Assembly: GCA_012295275.1 (NCBI GenBank)
Contig: CM022677.1
Span: forward strand, 12,586,001 to 12,650,000
Source of the DNA: Chrysomallon squamiferum
Taxonomy: Eukaryota; Animalia; Mollusca
DNA length: 64,000 nt
Reading direction: 5' to 3'
Shown here: one piece after another, positions 27,647 to 40,500 of the stretch
Layout of the letters: each line of letters begins with the position of its first letter
How positions within the stretch are numbered: position 1 is the stretch's first letter
Program-made: the position numbers and the translations under genes
Notes under the pieces: model-generated
Seen by the model: the letters and a program-made list of their open reading frames with translations, nothing else
The model's database searches: none
What the model was told of the DNA's origin: nothing

Positions 27647-27902
27647 CCAGACTTCCAAGTCCTGCAGCTCTACAGTTAGCTAACAAAACTCCCATCTCAC
27701 TCTCCAGCAGAACACACAACTCTTCATATGCCTCTGTCACCTGATCAGAGTAGTTAATAGCCAACTGCAGCGCTGTGTTGTTAGACTCATACTTCCCCAT
27801 CAACACCGTCAACCTCTCCAAGTAGGACTTGCTCTCGTTCATTGAGGTGGCAATTTTTCTCTGAAGTCTTTCAAACTCAATTTCAAACTCTTTCACTTTA
27901 GT
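27647..27902 (-). pseudogene. MCC: MCC exon (coiled-coil, GKYESN motif), 5' part deleted
   Basis: KVKEFEIEFERLQRKI-ATSMNESKSYLERLTVLMGKYESNNTALQLAINYSDQVTEAYEELCVLLESEMGVLLANCRAAGLGSLG|gtgagt. The EHLKSQNDLL-equivalent segment and a clear acceptor are missing. Confidence 0.88.
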
Positions 27903-29179
27903 TTAAAATCAGTTAAATTCATATCAGTTGTCATGAAACATATATCAATGACTTATTCTGTGTTATTGTTTAAGAATCTATTTATTTTAGTTAATTTGAA
28001 ACAGAATTGCCCAAGGGCCCAAAAATAAGGTTAAAAATCAGATATTATGAAACATAATGAGTAATTCTGTGTTATTGTTAAAAATGTATTTTGGCGATTT
28101 GATTTTGAATGATTGTAGTTAGGAAACATTTGTAAGTTTAAAAATCAGTTAAATTCATATTTAAAATTTGAAAAATAATGTCAATCATTCATTTTTCTGT
28201 CAGTTTTATTTTTTCTCAGGTAATTATGACTTGGAATTAACACCATAAAAAACCCATTAATAAATTAAAATATCATACTGGAAATTATGAAAAATATGTT
28301 AATTTTTTCCTTCATATTTTTGCCAGTCAAATAACATCTGTGAATTAAAACATCAGTTAAGTTTCTACTGTAAATTATGAAAATACAGTGTCAGAATATT
28401 CCAATTTAACATTTAAAAGTGTTAAGCATTAGTTATAAATTTGTTAAAATATTATGCTAGTGTGTATTATGTGGTTATGTAACATTAGCAAGTTCAAACA
28501 TTTTGTAATTTTACAATGAAGTTACATTCCAGCACAGGAAACATCACTGTGCATATAAATGATGTTAAATGAGATTTACCCCAAGGGAGGTAATTTCAGC
28601 AACAAGAATCTGTCTGTCTCCAGCACACATTTTTTATTTCTTCAGTTCTGCTATTTTAGCTACAGGAAACTGATCACTGCCTGCAGTGGTCCTGTGAATT
28701 AATAAATAAATAAATAAATAAATAGAATATTACATAAATACTTAAATAATAAATACATTATCAAATATTTTTAATAGGCAAATAAGCAGCAAATGGAAAG
28801 AAATGGATGTATAAAGAAAAAATAATATATATGTATATATTATAGTTTTGTATTTTTTCAAATATTATTTATGTATATGTATTATACATTTTTTGTATTT
28901 TCTCAACATTCCATACATTAAAAAATAACACAACACACACACTGTCTATCTCCACTGATTCCCTTATAGTCACATGCAATAAAGATGAGAAACAAAATAA
29001 GAAATGTTTATTTATACCTCTCTCCTGTGTTAGGAGTTACTTTAGTCACATGGAACATAAATGAATGACAATATAACAAATATTTATTTATACCTCTCTC
29101 CTATATTAGGATTCACTTGAGACTTTGTTGGTGTTGATGTTTGACTGTTCTTGGGACTAGAAGACAAATCTGTCACAGG

Positions 29180-29430
29180 TAACTTATCCTGTAACTCTTT
29201 CAACTGTAACAAAAAAGTAATAATTTTGCTCAAACTTTCAATTTTAACAAAATGTAACAGTTTATTCTGTGTCAATGTAACAAAATGTAACAATTTATCC
29301 TCTAGCTTTTTCAACTGTAACAAAATAAAACAATTTATCCTGTAACTCTTTCAACTGTAACAAAAATGTAACAATTTATTCTTTAACTCGTTCAGCAGTA
29401 AACAAAAATGTAATAATTTATCCTTTAACT
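29180..29430 (-). repeat. ~40-bp minisatellite built from an MCC splice acceptor plus exon start
   Basis: caatttatcctgtaactctttcaactgtaacaaaaa (minus strand: ttttgttacag|ttgaaagagttacaggataa) recurs with decay at ~29183, ~29291, ~29331, ~29372 and ~29412. Confidence 0.8.
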
Positions 29431-32400
29431 ATTTTTGCTATAAACTTTAAAAAAAGTATATTTACTAACAACTTTACAGTACTTTTTTATGAATGTAACA
29501 ATTTCATGCAGTTACTTACAATTTAACTGTTACTCTTTCATAGAAAGACTTAATGCAGAAATTATTAACACAAGCCATACTATATACCTGAAGGAAAAAG
29601 TAGTCTGTATAATTAACTTTGTGTTTCAATTCTACCTACAAATAAAAATATAATTATTTTAATATTTATGCGGAGTTACCTTTCTTTTCAACTTCTCCCT
29701 GTCATCATTGATATATTCAATATGGCTACATAGCTGTGTAAGTTCTGTTTCCTGTCTTCCTATCTGTTCTTGTAGAGCTGACATTCGTCGTTGTCTTTTT
29801 CTACGTCTTCTCTGAGACGTTGAACGACGTTGCGATCAACATCGTGGAGAGGAAAGTCTTTTCTTTCTGCAATGGCTGACTCCAGTTCTGTAACAACTCG
29901 GGAAAATTCTGCGTTTATTTCATTACCGATTTCTAAAACACCAAACAAAAAAACAAACAAAAAAAAACACATTTATAATTATTCTCGGTTTTAATGTTGT
30001 GTATACGTTATTTAGTAATTAAAGAAAAGAAAATACACATGAACAAATTTTAATTTTATTTGTATTTTTAATTCTATTTTTCTCTTCTGATCAAATTAGA
30101 TTGAAAAAATATCTCATTTTAACTATACATTTATTTGGAACTTTTCTTTTTAAATCCTTCATTCCTTCTAACACTAAGAAGATGAGAAAAATATCTAATT
30201 TCAATTATATATTTATTTGTTACTTTCTTTTTAATGCCTTCTAGCAGTAAGTAAACGAGAAAAAACAAATTATTATAATTTAATATTTTAAAAAATCCTA
30301 CAAATTATAATATGTTGCTATTTATATAATAAATTAAAATTAAAATTAATAAACTTTTAAAACAATTGGACATCTATCTAAAACAGCCAAAACTGTACAG
30401 TCAAAAAAATAAATATAGAAGTAAATGATTACCAGGTCTCGCAGACTGGAAGCCATTTGCATTATTCTCGTTGATACTTCCTCCATCATCGCTTTTATCC
30501 GATCATCTTCTTCTCTACACAGAAATGAAAAGAAAAAAAAAAAAAAAAAAAAAAAATGTTCATATGTCTTTACACTTTCTGGAATTTGGCATTTTCGACA
30601 AATTCCTAGAAATTATTTCTTAGTCTTTCATTAAACACAGTGAAGAACAGCAAGCTAATGGTGTTGTTTTACATCTTAAGAATGACTGGCTTGACTCATA
30701 CAATGAAAGAAAACAATGGTTAAATGTCTTCACATATTACTGGAATTTCAGGTTTTCAGGAATCTAAAAACAGTGAAAAACCAGCAAACAAATGGTATTA
30801 TTTTACAATATATAATGACAAGCCAAAACTATGTTTCATTATGTGTCCAGATATATTATATTTGTTGTTTTAATCATTCATTAAAAGCAGGGAAGAACAG
30901 CAAACTCACACTATATATTATTTAATAAAGACCACTGACCTGATGACGTTAATCTGATGTCTGTTTTCTTCATCAGCTCTGCAATGACGCTGTGAAGTTC
31001 AGTGACGCGTTCCTCGTAGCGTGCCGCCGTCTGGTCAACTCTGTCGTCGAAGTCTTTCTGACTGTGAATCTTCTCAGTCTTAGTGACAACAAACAATCAC
31101 ATTTCAGTAACAAACACATAATAATTAAAAATACAGGATAAGAACATTATTTATTAATGCAATTATAAAATCAAAATAAACTAATAATAATAATAAAAGA
31201 AAAATAATTATTAACGGTACATACATCCTTTTATACAATTAAATTAAAATATAATAATAATAGCATATAAGAATGGAATATGCTATTATAAAAAAAATAA
31301 CAATAATATTTAAAATCACATTAGAAACATTATGTATTTATATATGTATATTAGTAAACTTGTAAATTAAAAAGAGTTATTTCCCTTACGTGAGATGTAC
31401 TCACAAACTTAGGTTAGAGTTATGTCCCTTACGTGAGATGTACTCACTAAGCTTTCATACACTAATTATCTGTACGGGATTAATGGAACCTCCCAAAACG
31501 CAATTCAGCAGTTACCATATATGGTCATATCACATAACCATACACTTCGTGATAATGAAATCTCCCAATAAGAAGTAGTCAGGTTAATATATCTTGCTAG
31601 CTTTTACTCCACACTAAATACTTTGAAACATTACATAATCTAAGCTTTATAGAATAGGAACCAATGGCTATTATTTCTCTATTCTCGAAATTTCTCAACT
31701 TAAAATGTTGCCATACTTTCCAGAACAACTGCAGAGAGGTGTAAGTTATGAGGATTACTATGCTGACCAGCTCGTGACCTAGATGAGCGTCTTACAGGAG
31801 CAGCATTTACATCTTGTGATGATGTCTCTCATCAGCTGTCATATTCACATCCCGCTCTGTCTCAATAAAAGGGCAAAAAGTAAATGATTCTGATTATCGG
31901 GGAGAGGTTTACGAAGATTTAATGCTGGGTTACGGCCATTACGGTGTCGTCTGTTACAGTAGATGTTACATGTGGTGGCTCAGTAGTGACTATAGCTTTT
32001 GAATCCAAGATCTGTGGACATTCTTCTGAGATGCAATAAGTTACATCTTCTGACTGAAATATTTAAACAGTATTAAAATAACAGTTTTATATTACAAACA
32101 GATTTCTTAACATGAGGCATAATTATGCAGGACTCGAAATGGCCAGTCGCCAGGTCACGAAATGTGACCAAAGTTCCATTAAGGGAGGTAAAAATCATTA
32201 TGGTTAGTCTCCCAAAAAATATTATTTGGGTGACCTGTTTTTTCTGTAAGTTATGACACAAGAGCCACTATTAATATTTTTTATCGAAAATATTTATTTC
32301 ACATAAAAGATCTATTTATAAACGCTAATGTTATAGTGAACATTTCCAACCCGTATGTTAAAGGATTATCGGTTGGTTAACGGAACAAGTTATCATAGGA

Positions 32401-32652
32401 GATAACACTGTAACAACATGTTTGCTATTGCTTTTCCTTTTCAACTGCACCTTTAATTGGCTAAATTGAAGCCAAGCAACAAATCTAGAGAACGTTTAGA
32501 GGTTTACGTTCAAGAATTATCGGTTGGTTAACGGAACAAGTTATCATGGGAGATAACTCTATAACCTTGTATTAGCTATTGTTTTTCCTTTTCAATTTCG
32601 GTAGGGTTACTTACACGGAATAAAAAATAAATAAATAAAAATAAAAATAAAT

Positions 32653-32684
<32 letters not shown>

Positions 32685-33260
32685 TGAAAAAATACTAAAA
32701 AGAAAGATTGAACGCCTTCTTTGTACATCAGCTTGAAAGACAAGTATGGCATTTGTCTGAATTGAAAATGTCAGTAATAGATATTCTTAAGAAGAAGAAA
32801 AAAATAAGTTCTTCTGAAGTAATATTATGTATTCATGTTAGAGAATTACATTTGGTATACAGACAGATAAATTAAATTTGGAAATCAAAAATGTTTAAAT
32901 GTTAAATGAAAATGTAATATATTTTACCTGGATAAACAACACTCATTAAAATGATTTATATATATTATTTTTTTTTTTGCAACGATTAGGACAGTTATTG
33001 CAAATAATTTACAACTGTATCAGTATTATAAGAATTTAGATTTTTTTTGTTTTACAGCAGAAAAGGATATGGCAGGTCTACAAAGCACTCCAATGAACAA
33101 ACCAGAGAAAACTTGTGTGGGTTTTCATTATTTTTTTTTCTATTTAAGCAGCAGGTAATTTGTGATTTCTCCTTCATTTTTATAGAATACGTTTGAATGT
33201 GTTTGTGTTTGTGAGGGGGGTTATGGGTGTCTGCTTATATCTTTTATTGTTTTTTTACAG

Positions 33261-34190
33261 CTCACAAACTCACAGCTTTATTGAAGCATTGCAGACTGAA
33301 TGGTAACGCCAAGAGAGAAAAGAAATCTGGCAGAAGAAAATTAATTCACACACTTTTACATGTGAAGATAGAGAAAGGATAGTTCAATTTCTGCAGCATT
33401 TTCATCAAGATTATGACTATTTTTGAGTGAGTCAGTCACAGGATTCAAAGGGAGTAATTTGAAAATACTGTCTGCATGTGAGACTAAATCTTCACTTTGG
33501 AGGGAGTATCATCAGACTACTATTGAACATGGTAAGAATTCATTTGAATAATGATTAATTTTTGTAACAGATTAAGTGATATTTACTGGAACCTGGTCTG
33601 AAACATTTAAAAGACTAAATATAATTTTAAGGATATTGTATTAATTATTAGATTAATTGATTTTATATTGCATATGCATTTGTATGTTATTTTAAATTTT
33701 GTTTTCATTTTTATGTTTAAGAAAAAGTGAACCGTCTTCTTAGTTTCACTTATCAGTTTAATGTCACGACACTGATATTTAAGCCTTTTAGGACATCATT
33801 TATCAATCTGTGTAACATTTGTGTTCCTTTTATTGTCCCAAAACAGATCTCTGCTGGCAGTGCTAACATTGAGAAAATAGAGCAATCTGCCAGTCTTCCC
33901 GCAGAAAAGAAAATAAGAGTGTTTGGAGAGCAATTTGAGCATCTACACATTGTGGAAGCAGAAGGAAAAGTTATAACACATTGGTACACAAGTGTAAAAT
34001 TGTAATTTCTTCATCAACATCTTCTGAGTTCATTTCCTGCAACAGACTTTCATTTACTGTTTTAAGTTTGAACAGAAATTTCACATTCCAAACAGCCCAC
34101 TCCAGCCAGAACCAGTTTAATTCCTTGTGTCAAGAAAATATGGAATTTTTAAAATATGTTCTGAAGTTCTGTCAGCCAGTCTATCAGCTG
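33261..34190 (+). mobile_element. Degenerate intron-containing DNA transposase relic (DUF7869-type, Sola1-like)
   Basis: Fragments LKILSACETKSSLW, TSFINLCNICVPFIVPK...IEQSASLPAEKK...QFEHLHIVEAE and YCFKFEQKFHIPNSPLQPEPV*FLVSRKYGIFKICSE. These resemble the recalled pattern YSFDFAQQVH.P.NPLQPGPIYFL.PRKCGIFGVCCE of this transposase group. Stops and frameshifts are present. Confidence 0.62.
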
Positions 34191-35076
34191 GTGAGTCAAT
34201 TAGTCTATTAATTAATTAATTTATATAATTGTTTTGTACTACTGTATTGCTTTTTTTTTTTTTTTTTGTTCCTGTGTGTGCTATTTATTTATTTATTCTT
34301 ATAACCTGTGTAATTGTGTTATTTTAAGTTAGGTTTTTAGAAATTATTTAATCAAACATTTGACAAACAAGAATGAAAAGGCCTGTGTTAGGTGCTTTTC
34401 ATGTGAGAGATGTTTTGTGTTAATGGAGGTTCTTTTGTTGAAATTATTTATTTTTGTTGGGCTGTGTTTACAATTTTCTTCATATAGTTTCTGAAAGTTT
34501 GCATGTTTTGGGAGGTATCAGAACTAGCTGGAGTTTCTATGGTGATGGACACTGCAGTAGCTGCATGCTAATGACTTGAGTTATATCACTGTGTACATTT
34601 TGTTGTGTGACCTCACATCTTTCAGTTGGTAGTTGTAGCTATTGGTTTTAACTGTTGTCATGGCAGGTGTGGTCCAGTAGGTTGCTTTACCCTCCATAAA
34701 CTGACATCAACAGCTTGACTTTGTTTGTGAATGCATCTTATAGCAAACATTTTTTTTTTAATTTTATATTATATATTTTGTGATATATTTAAAAAGAGCT
34801 AGTTTTTATGTGCTTTTTTTTTTTTTTTTTTTTTTTTTTTTTCCCACTCATTTGGTTTTAGGTTGTCGTTGTTACAGAGACTATTTTACTGTTTGCTGAG
34901 TCAGAGTTTCAGGATTAGTGTAATTCCCAGTAAGAAAATATTGATCCCAGTTAGATAAGTCTTTAAGAGTTTTGTGTTGATCCCGAAATAAAATTTCCTT
35001 GGGTTGTTATTTTTTGTTATGATCGCTGATGTTTTGTTATGGAGATTGTTCTTTTTCTTCTGTATTTGCATGCTGT

Positions 35077-35113
<37 letters not shown>

Positions 35114-35862
35114 TTCCCACATGTTAGGTTCACTCCCTTCATCCTCCATATCCGTTTTTATTTGTTTGTAAGGATACCAAAATGTTCAAATTTTCATTAA
35201 TTTTCTGTTCAGGGTTTTGTCTATGTCAGTGTTTGTTGGTGATTTATACTGGTTTTTTATTTATCACCTTTTGCTTCTGGTCAACTTTTGTTTTTTTTAA
35301 AATCAAATTTTGCCTTTTTAACCTGCTGACTTTTGGAAATCCTAACTTTCATTGCTGAATCATCTGAATTAGTGACTTTTATGTTTTCTATGTTGTTGCA
35401 TTTTTAGAGGTTGGTTTGGTGTTATTTTTCCTGGTTCTGAATGTCTAATGTGTATAGTTGTGTATATAACTGGATGTTAAATATTTATTCTTCTGTTTCT
35501 CTATTTACTTTAACACGTGTGTGTGTGTATGTATGTGTATTTATGTAAGTGTCTTTGAGAGCGAGAGAGAGAGGAAGAGAGAAATGACAAAAATGGGTGA
35601 AAATTTCAAAAGTAAATCAGATTTTGTTTAAAAATAAAATAATTTATAATAAAATAATTGCCTTTTTCTTTTCTTTTGTTTTAAGAGAAAAATAAAGTAA
35701 ACAAACTAATTATCTTACAATAAACAAATATTTAAAAACAAAAAAGGAAGGAAACAAATTAACTTGATTTTATGTTTATTTATCATGAAAAGAAAGAAAT
35801 GTCTGGCAACTTTCAACTTCAAAAGCATTAATGTGAAACTAACTTACCAGACAGTTTGAAGT

Positions 35863-36488
35863 TTACTTTTTACAACAAGTAAATATTTGTATTTTTCCGG
35901 TGCAGAACTCTCCCACGAAGAATTTGTTGTCATCACAGCAGACATACAAAGGACTGCACAGTAGTCCATCCTGGTCAGTGAGGATGTCACATGTAATGTT
36001 ACCATCTCATGACAACTGAACAATACAATTTATATCATAAACACAAACAAAAATATTTCCCTCCCTGTCACATGTAACATCTCTCAATCCTCTCAGTATG
36101 AATCACATGACTCCCATTTGACGCCACCTGATGATGTCGCACAAAACACTTTGTTTACATTTTCTCTCTGACAAACAACAACAACAACATGATTCAGCGA
36201 GAATGTTTGGTTCAGAGGAAGTTTTCAGTGATTTTCTTTCTAAACAAAAACATTTACACATTCATTGTTATAATCACTAACAACAATTTTACTTTTGTCT
36301 GTACCCAACACCAGAATGGAAACAAAACAAGGACAGTTTTATCTCATTGTTATCTAAGTGTGGTTTATGTAGCCCTGCAGAAATTTGGAGCAGAACAAGT
36401 GTCCTCAATACAGAACTCACAGCTTGTCAGAAATTTCCATACAAAGACAACACGAAAGAATATCATCGGAATGTGAAGCTGTTGCCAT
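35863..36488 (-). pseudogene. TRIM-like (RING ... NHL/beta-propeller) gene relic with the central part deleted
   Basis: After acceptor ttaacag, ATG at 36488 gives MATASHSDDILSCCLCMEISDKL*VLY*GHLFCSKFLQGYI (decayed C3HC4 RING). It is followed by propeller blades VVSDYNNECVNVF and DVTCDREGNIFVCVYDINCIVQLS*DGNITCDILTDQDGLLCSPLYVCCDDNKFFVGEFCTGKIQIFTCCKK*. B-box and coiled coil are not present. Confidence 0.78.
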
Positions 36489-36599
36489 ATCTGTTAATAA
36501 CAACAACAACAGCTACAACAGCAAGCACATGGAAGAATCAGAGAAGATAAAAAAGAAAATACAGAGAAAGGAAGATGTAAGATAGTAAAAAAAAGAAGA

Positions 36600-36643
<44 letters not shown>

Positions 36644-37502
36644 CAACAAAAAAAAGCCAACACAATGCCATCCTTAATTAAGTACATCAGTGACAACAAA
36701 GATATGAATATTCTTAAGAGCTCTCATTTCAGCAACAAATAATTTACATTATTTTTTCTTACAAAATATCTGAATTAACTGTCTTTTTCATAAGTGAATA
36801 TCTGACTAGGGCTAATACAAAATAAAATAAAAATGCAAGTAATGAGATAGCAGTTAACATTAGCTTCTGACAAAAAATATTACATTCTGATTATTTTTTC
36901 CCTTAATTTTTATGCAAATATCATTATCATCTTTATCAGGTAAAGAGGTGACAATTGTGAAAGGAAAAAGAAAAGACAGTGTCAACTCACTTGGTCTCTT
37001 CAAGTTCTGTTTGATATTTTTTGTGTGATTGTTTAAGGTTCCCAACATGATTAACCATTACCTCCATTGTACAACTGAGTCTCATCTCCTATAAAAACAC
37101 ACACTTATATTTGTACTGACTTTTACTTGTAGAATTCTCTGGTTATTAATTATTGCTCCTTTTATAAATAAATAAATAAATAAACTAAAGTAAAAAGAAT
37201 CTTAAAATCACAGTGTGATCTGATATTATTTTTATAATTGCTATGTCATTTCATGACAGGTGTCTTTATAACTGAATAAATAATTATTCCTTGATCATTC
37301 TTTCAATAAATGATTTGTAGACAAAGCATCATTGTACAATAATTGCTATTCATTTTCAGTGGGTGATTTTACAAAAACAAATGTATTATACTTTTCTATA
37401 TGTTGCATAATTCAGTATAAGAAAAACTATTTTGCATAGAATTTTGTGAAAGACTGAAGAAATATTAAAATTTGAAATAGAATGAATATTGTATCTAAAT
37501 AC

Positions 37503-40500
37503 CTGCTGTACAGCACCAAATACATCAACTCTCCTGGAGACTTGGCTGCTGTTTGTTCCAAAATGTCAATCCCAGTTTGTATTTATCAACAATGTCTTGA
37601 ATATTTTTATCCTTAACAAGCTGATTTAACTTCTAAAAATAAACAGTTTAAAGCCGCAGTTTAGTACATTGGTTTCTTCAGTTCCTATAAATACATGATG
37701 AAAAATCTGAATGTCATTCAGTAAATACTGACATTTCCCTGTTTAACAATTCAATAAATTAAGTGCATGAATCAATATAATTATAGTAATCTAAAAATTG
37801 AAACATAATCTTTTTTAAATCTTTTGTTTTGTATTCTAATGAGATCTAATGATGCAGTTATCAATTCAAATTATTTTCTGAAAGATACTCTAAAGAGATA
37901 ACAAATATGTCTAAAATAAAGATGAATTTGATTCACAAAATTAAAGGTAAAGTATAATTTTTCATTCAGAAACACATTCAACAAAATTAATCTAGATCTG
38001 TTTTTCTTTATGAACTGATTTCACACATACCTCAACATCATTCCTTAAGCCATGTAGTTCTTGGTCCATGTTCTTTTCAGCAATGTCCCACGACCTTTCT
38101 TGAGATAATTTGCCCATCTTGAAGGTCAGGAACTTAGTCTAGTTAAAATACCAAAAATAAACTATAATATATAAATACATTTTTCATATATGTATGTAAA
38201 ATAATAAGAAGACATTTTATTAGTTTTGACATCATTTTATAAACAGGAAAGATAAAATCCCTGATAGACTAACCATATGCCATGATATATATAAATATAT
38301 AAATGACTTTTTAAACAGGAAAATATCAGGCCCCGATCTGTTTTCATAATAAACTAAACTGAATGAAGATTGTCTAGTATAGTAAGTTACACATAAATGC
38401 AAAAAAAGAAAGATTATTACTGTATTTAATAAATACTAAAAGCATACATCCTCTCCAAAACAAAGAAACTATGCTAAGTGAATAAATAACCTTTATTCAC
38501 ACTGAAAGATCTCAAAGACATAAACTGTTACATCATTAATCTAAAATCACAAATGAATCACATCTTTAAGTAAAATTCTCAATATATGCAGAATAGAAAT
38601 TTACTTACTTTGATTTCTTCATCTGAAGTTGGTGCAACTGAAATAAAAATATACAGTTGAGACAGCTGTCCTAATGGGAAAACAAATCTGGATATTACTG
38701 ATATTCTGCTAGTTAAGGAAAATGATGGATGCAACATGAACTGGTAACCTCAAAAGGTATTTCCTGAACTAATTTAACTAATGTCTGCAATGACTGAAAT
38801 AAGGAATCCCCAATATAATATAAAATGTCATCATAAATAAAAAGCACATATCTGCAAAAAATATTAATGTCATTCTGCACTAGGTACGTGAATTCAATCA
38901 TTTTGATTACATATTGCATTATGTTTCTGGGACAGCATAGAATTCTAATTAATTAATACTAACATTTTGCATGAGATGATATCCAAAGTTTGTGATGGTG
39001 GTATGATAGCTACATTTAAACAACTATCTTGTTTCATGTATGAGTCATTGTTTCCTACTATTTAGCCAGATTTGTCTAAATAAACAAATATAGAACAAAA
39101 AGTATTAAAAAAATCCTGTATAATTTTGTAATATGATTAACTAATTTATCATAATTGTAATTTTCTGTTATATACATAAGACTTTTTGACAGCATGCTGG
39201 GCTTTACTATTAGTTAGAATCATCCAGACTATTACAAACTGTACAATCCGATCTAAAATAATAGGATGATCCTGTAACCAGACCAAAGAACATAAACAAA
39301 CATATTGTAATTACATTATTTATATTTACTTTTCAAATACTAAATGTCTGATAACAGGTACAGTAAGTTCAAGTTTTAACATGTGAAGATTCATTTTCAC
39401 AGTCATAATTTTTTTTTTTTTTTTTTTTCCACTATACTAGGAAAATGGTAGATACAAATGAGTATATTAATGAATTTTCGCAACCTATCAACTGAACTAA
39501 ATATTAGATTTCCTGGCTTAACAACTCTGTATTTTACCTATCCCAGACTAGGAACAAAATGAAGAGAATGCTACATTATTTGCTTGATAGACATTTTTTA
39601 TTTCCCATTTTAATTTGTATTTAACTTAACTTATTAATTTTGTTATATTATTGCTTTGTTTATTCTTGGCATTTTATTATTTTGTTGCTGTTGGTGTTGT
39701 TGTTTATTGTTTGCTCAAAATCAGTTAGCTTGATTGTTAAATAAACAGCCTAGGTTTAAAATCTGCAGATAAAATATTTTACAAATAGATTTTGGTTTAT
39801 ATTCTATTAAATTAAGAAAATGTGCTAAGACTGAATGAGAAAGAACACAACACAAACAGTACTAAAATCACTTTTTTAACAATAATTAGTGTGGATTAAC
39901 AACCAGTACGATTAATGTAAAATCTGGAGAAGAATGGGTTGGACAGAAATAATACCTATCATGCAGACGTCCTGCCAATGTACAGTAACAAACATCAGTT
40001 TGCTGAGAACAGTGTAATAACCCACCTTTCCCATTAGGAAGCAGCTGTGCATTTTGTTGTTTCTTCATTAACTTTTGAAATAAGATTTAAAAATATTTTT
40101 CAAAGAGTCACTTATACCAACATATTGAAATTCTACTTTGTCAAATGCTTTTTAACAAACCAATCACACAAATCAATTCAAAGAGAAAAATGCAGAAATC
40201 AGAACGCCATGAAGCAGACTACAGAAGTGCAGATGACAATTGTGAAGATTCAGATATGTCTGCATATTCAGCTGAGCTGATACGAATGGTCACAATCAGT
40301 TTTATGATATTCGGTCAGCACTACCCATGGATTTGTTTATCAAGACTAAATTTAACTACATGTATATCCAGTCTATAACAGTAGTGTTATAAACAGATGT
40401 TGGCTAATTACTGAATTATGATAAATTTCATGTGAAATAAATATTTGCCATAAAATTCTTAACATAGGCTCTTGTGTTATAACAGAGAGAAAAAAAAAGG

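Larger units (their letters stand above)
24532..31078 (-). pseudogene. MCC: Disabled, intron-containing partial copy of MCC (colorectal mutant cancer protein / MCC regulator of WNT signalling)
   Basis: Ten exons in MCC order: ~31078-30940 (RYEERVTELHSVIAEL), 30514-30433 (REEDD), 29932-29680, 29203-29094, 28691-28580 (PVAKIAE...EITSLG), ~27902-27647 (GKYESNNTALQLA), 27165-26993 (RAHHSRKSAE...KLD...PW), 26280-26046 (RLDLENAVLMQELMAMK), 25700-25521 (EKEKRALEL...QEQAY) and 24747-24532 (EIRHQQSAEFVNDLKRAN). Lesions: in-frame TAA at 28634-28636, frameshifts in five exons, a GG donor at 26045-26044, and no terminal exon found. Confidence 0.9.
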
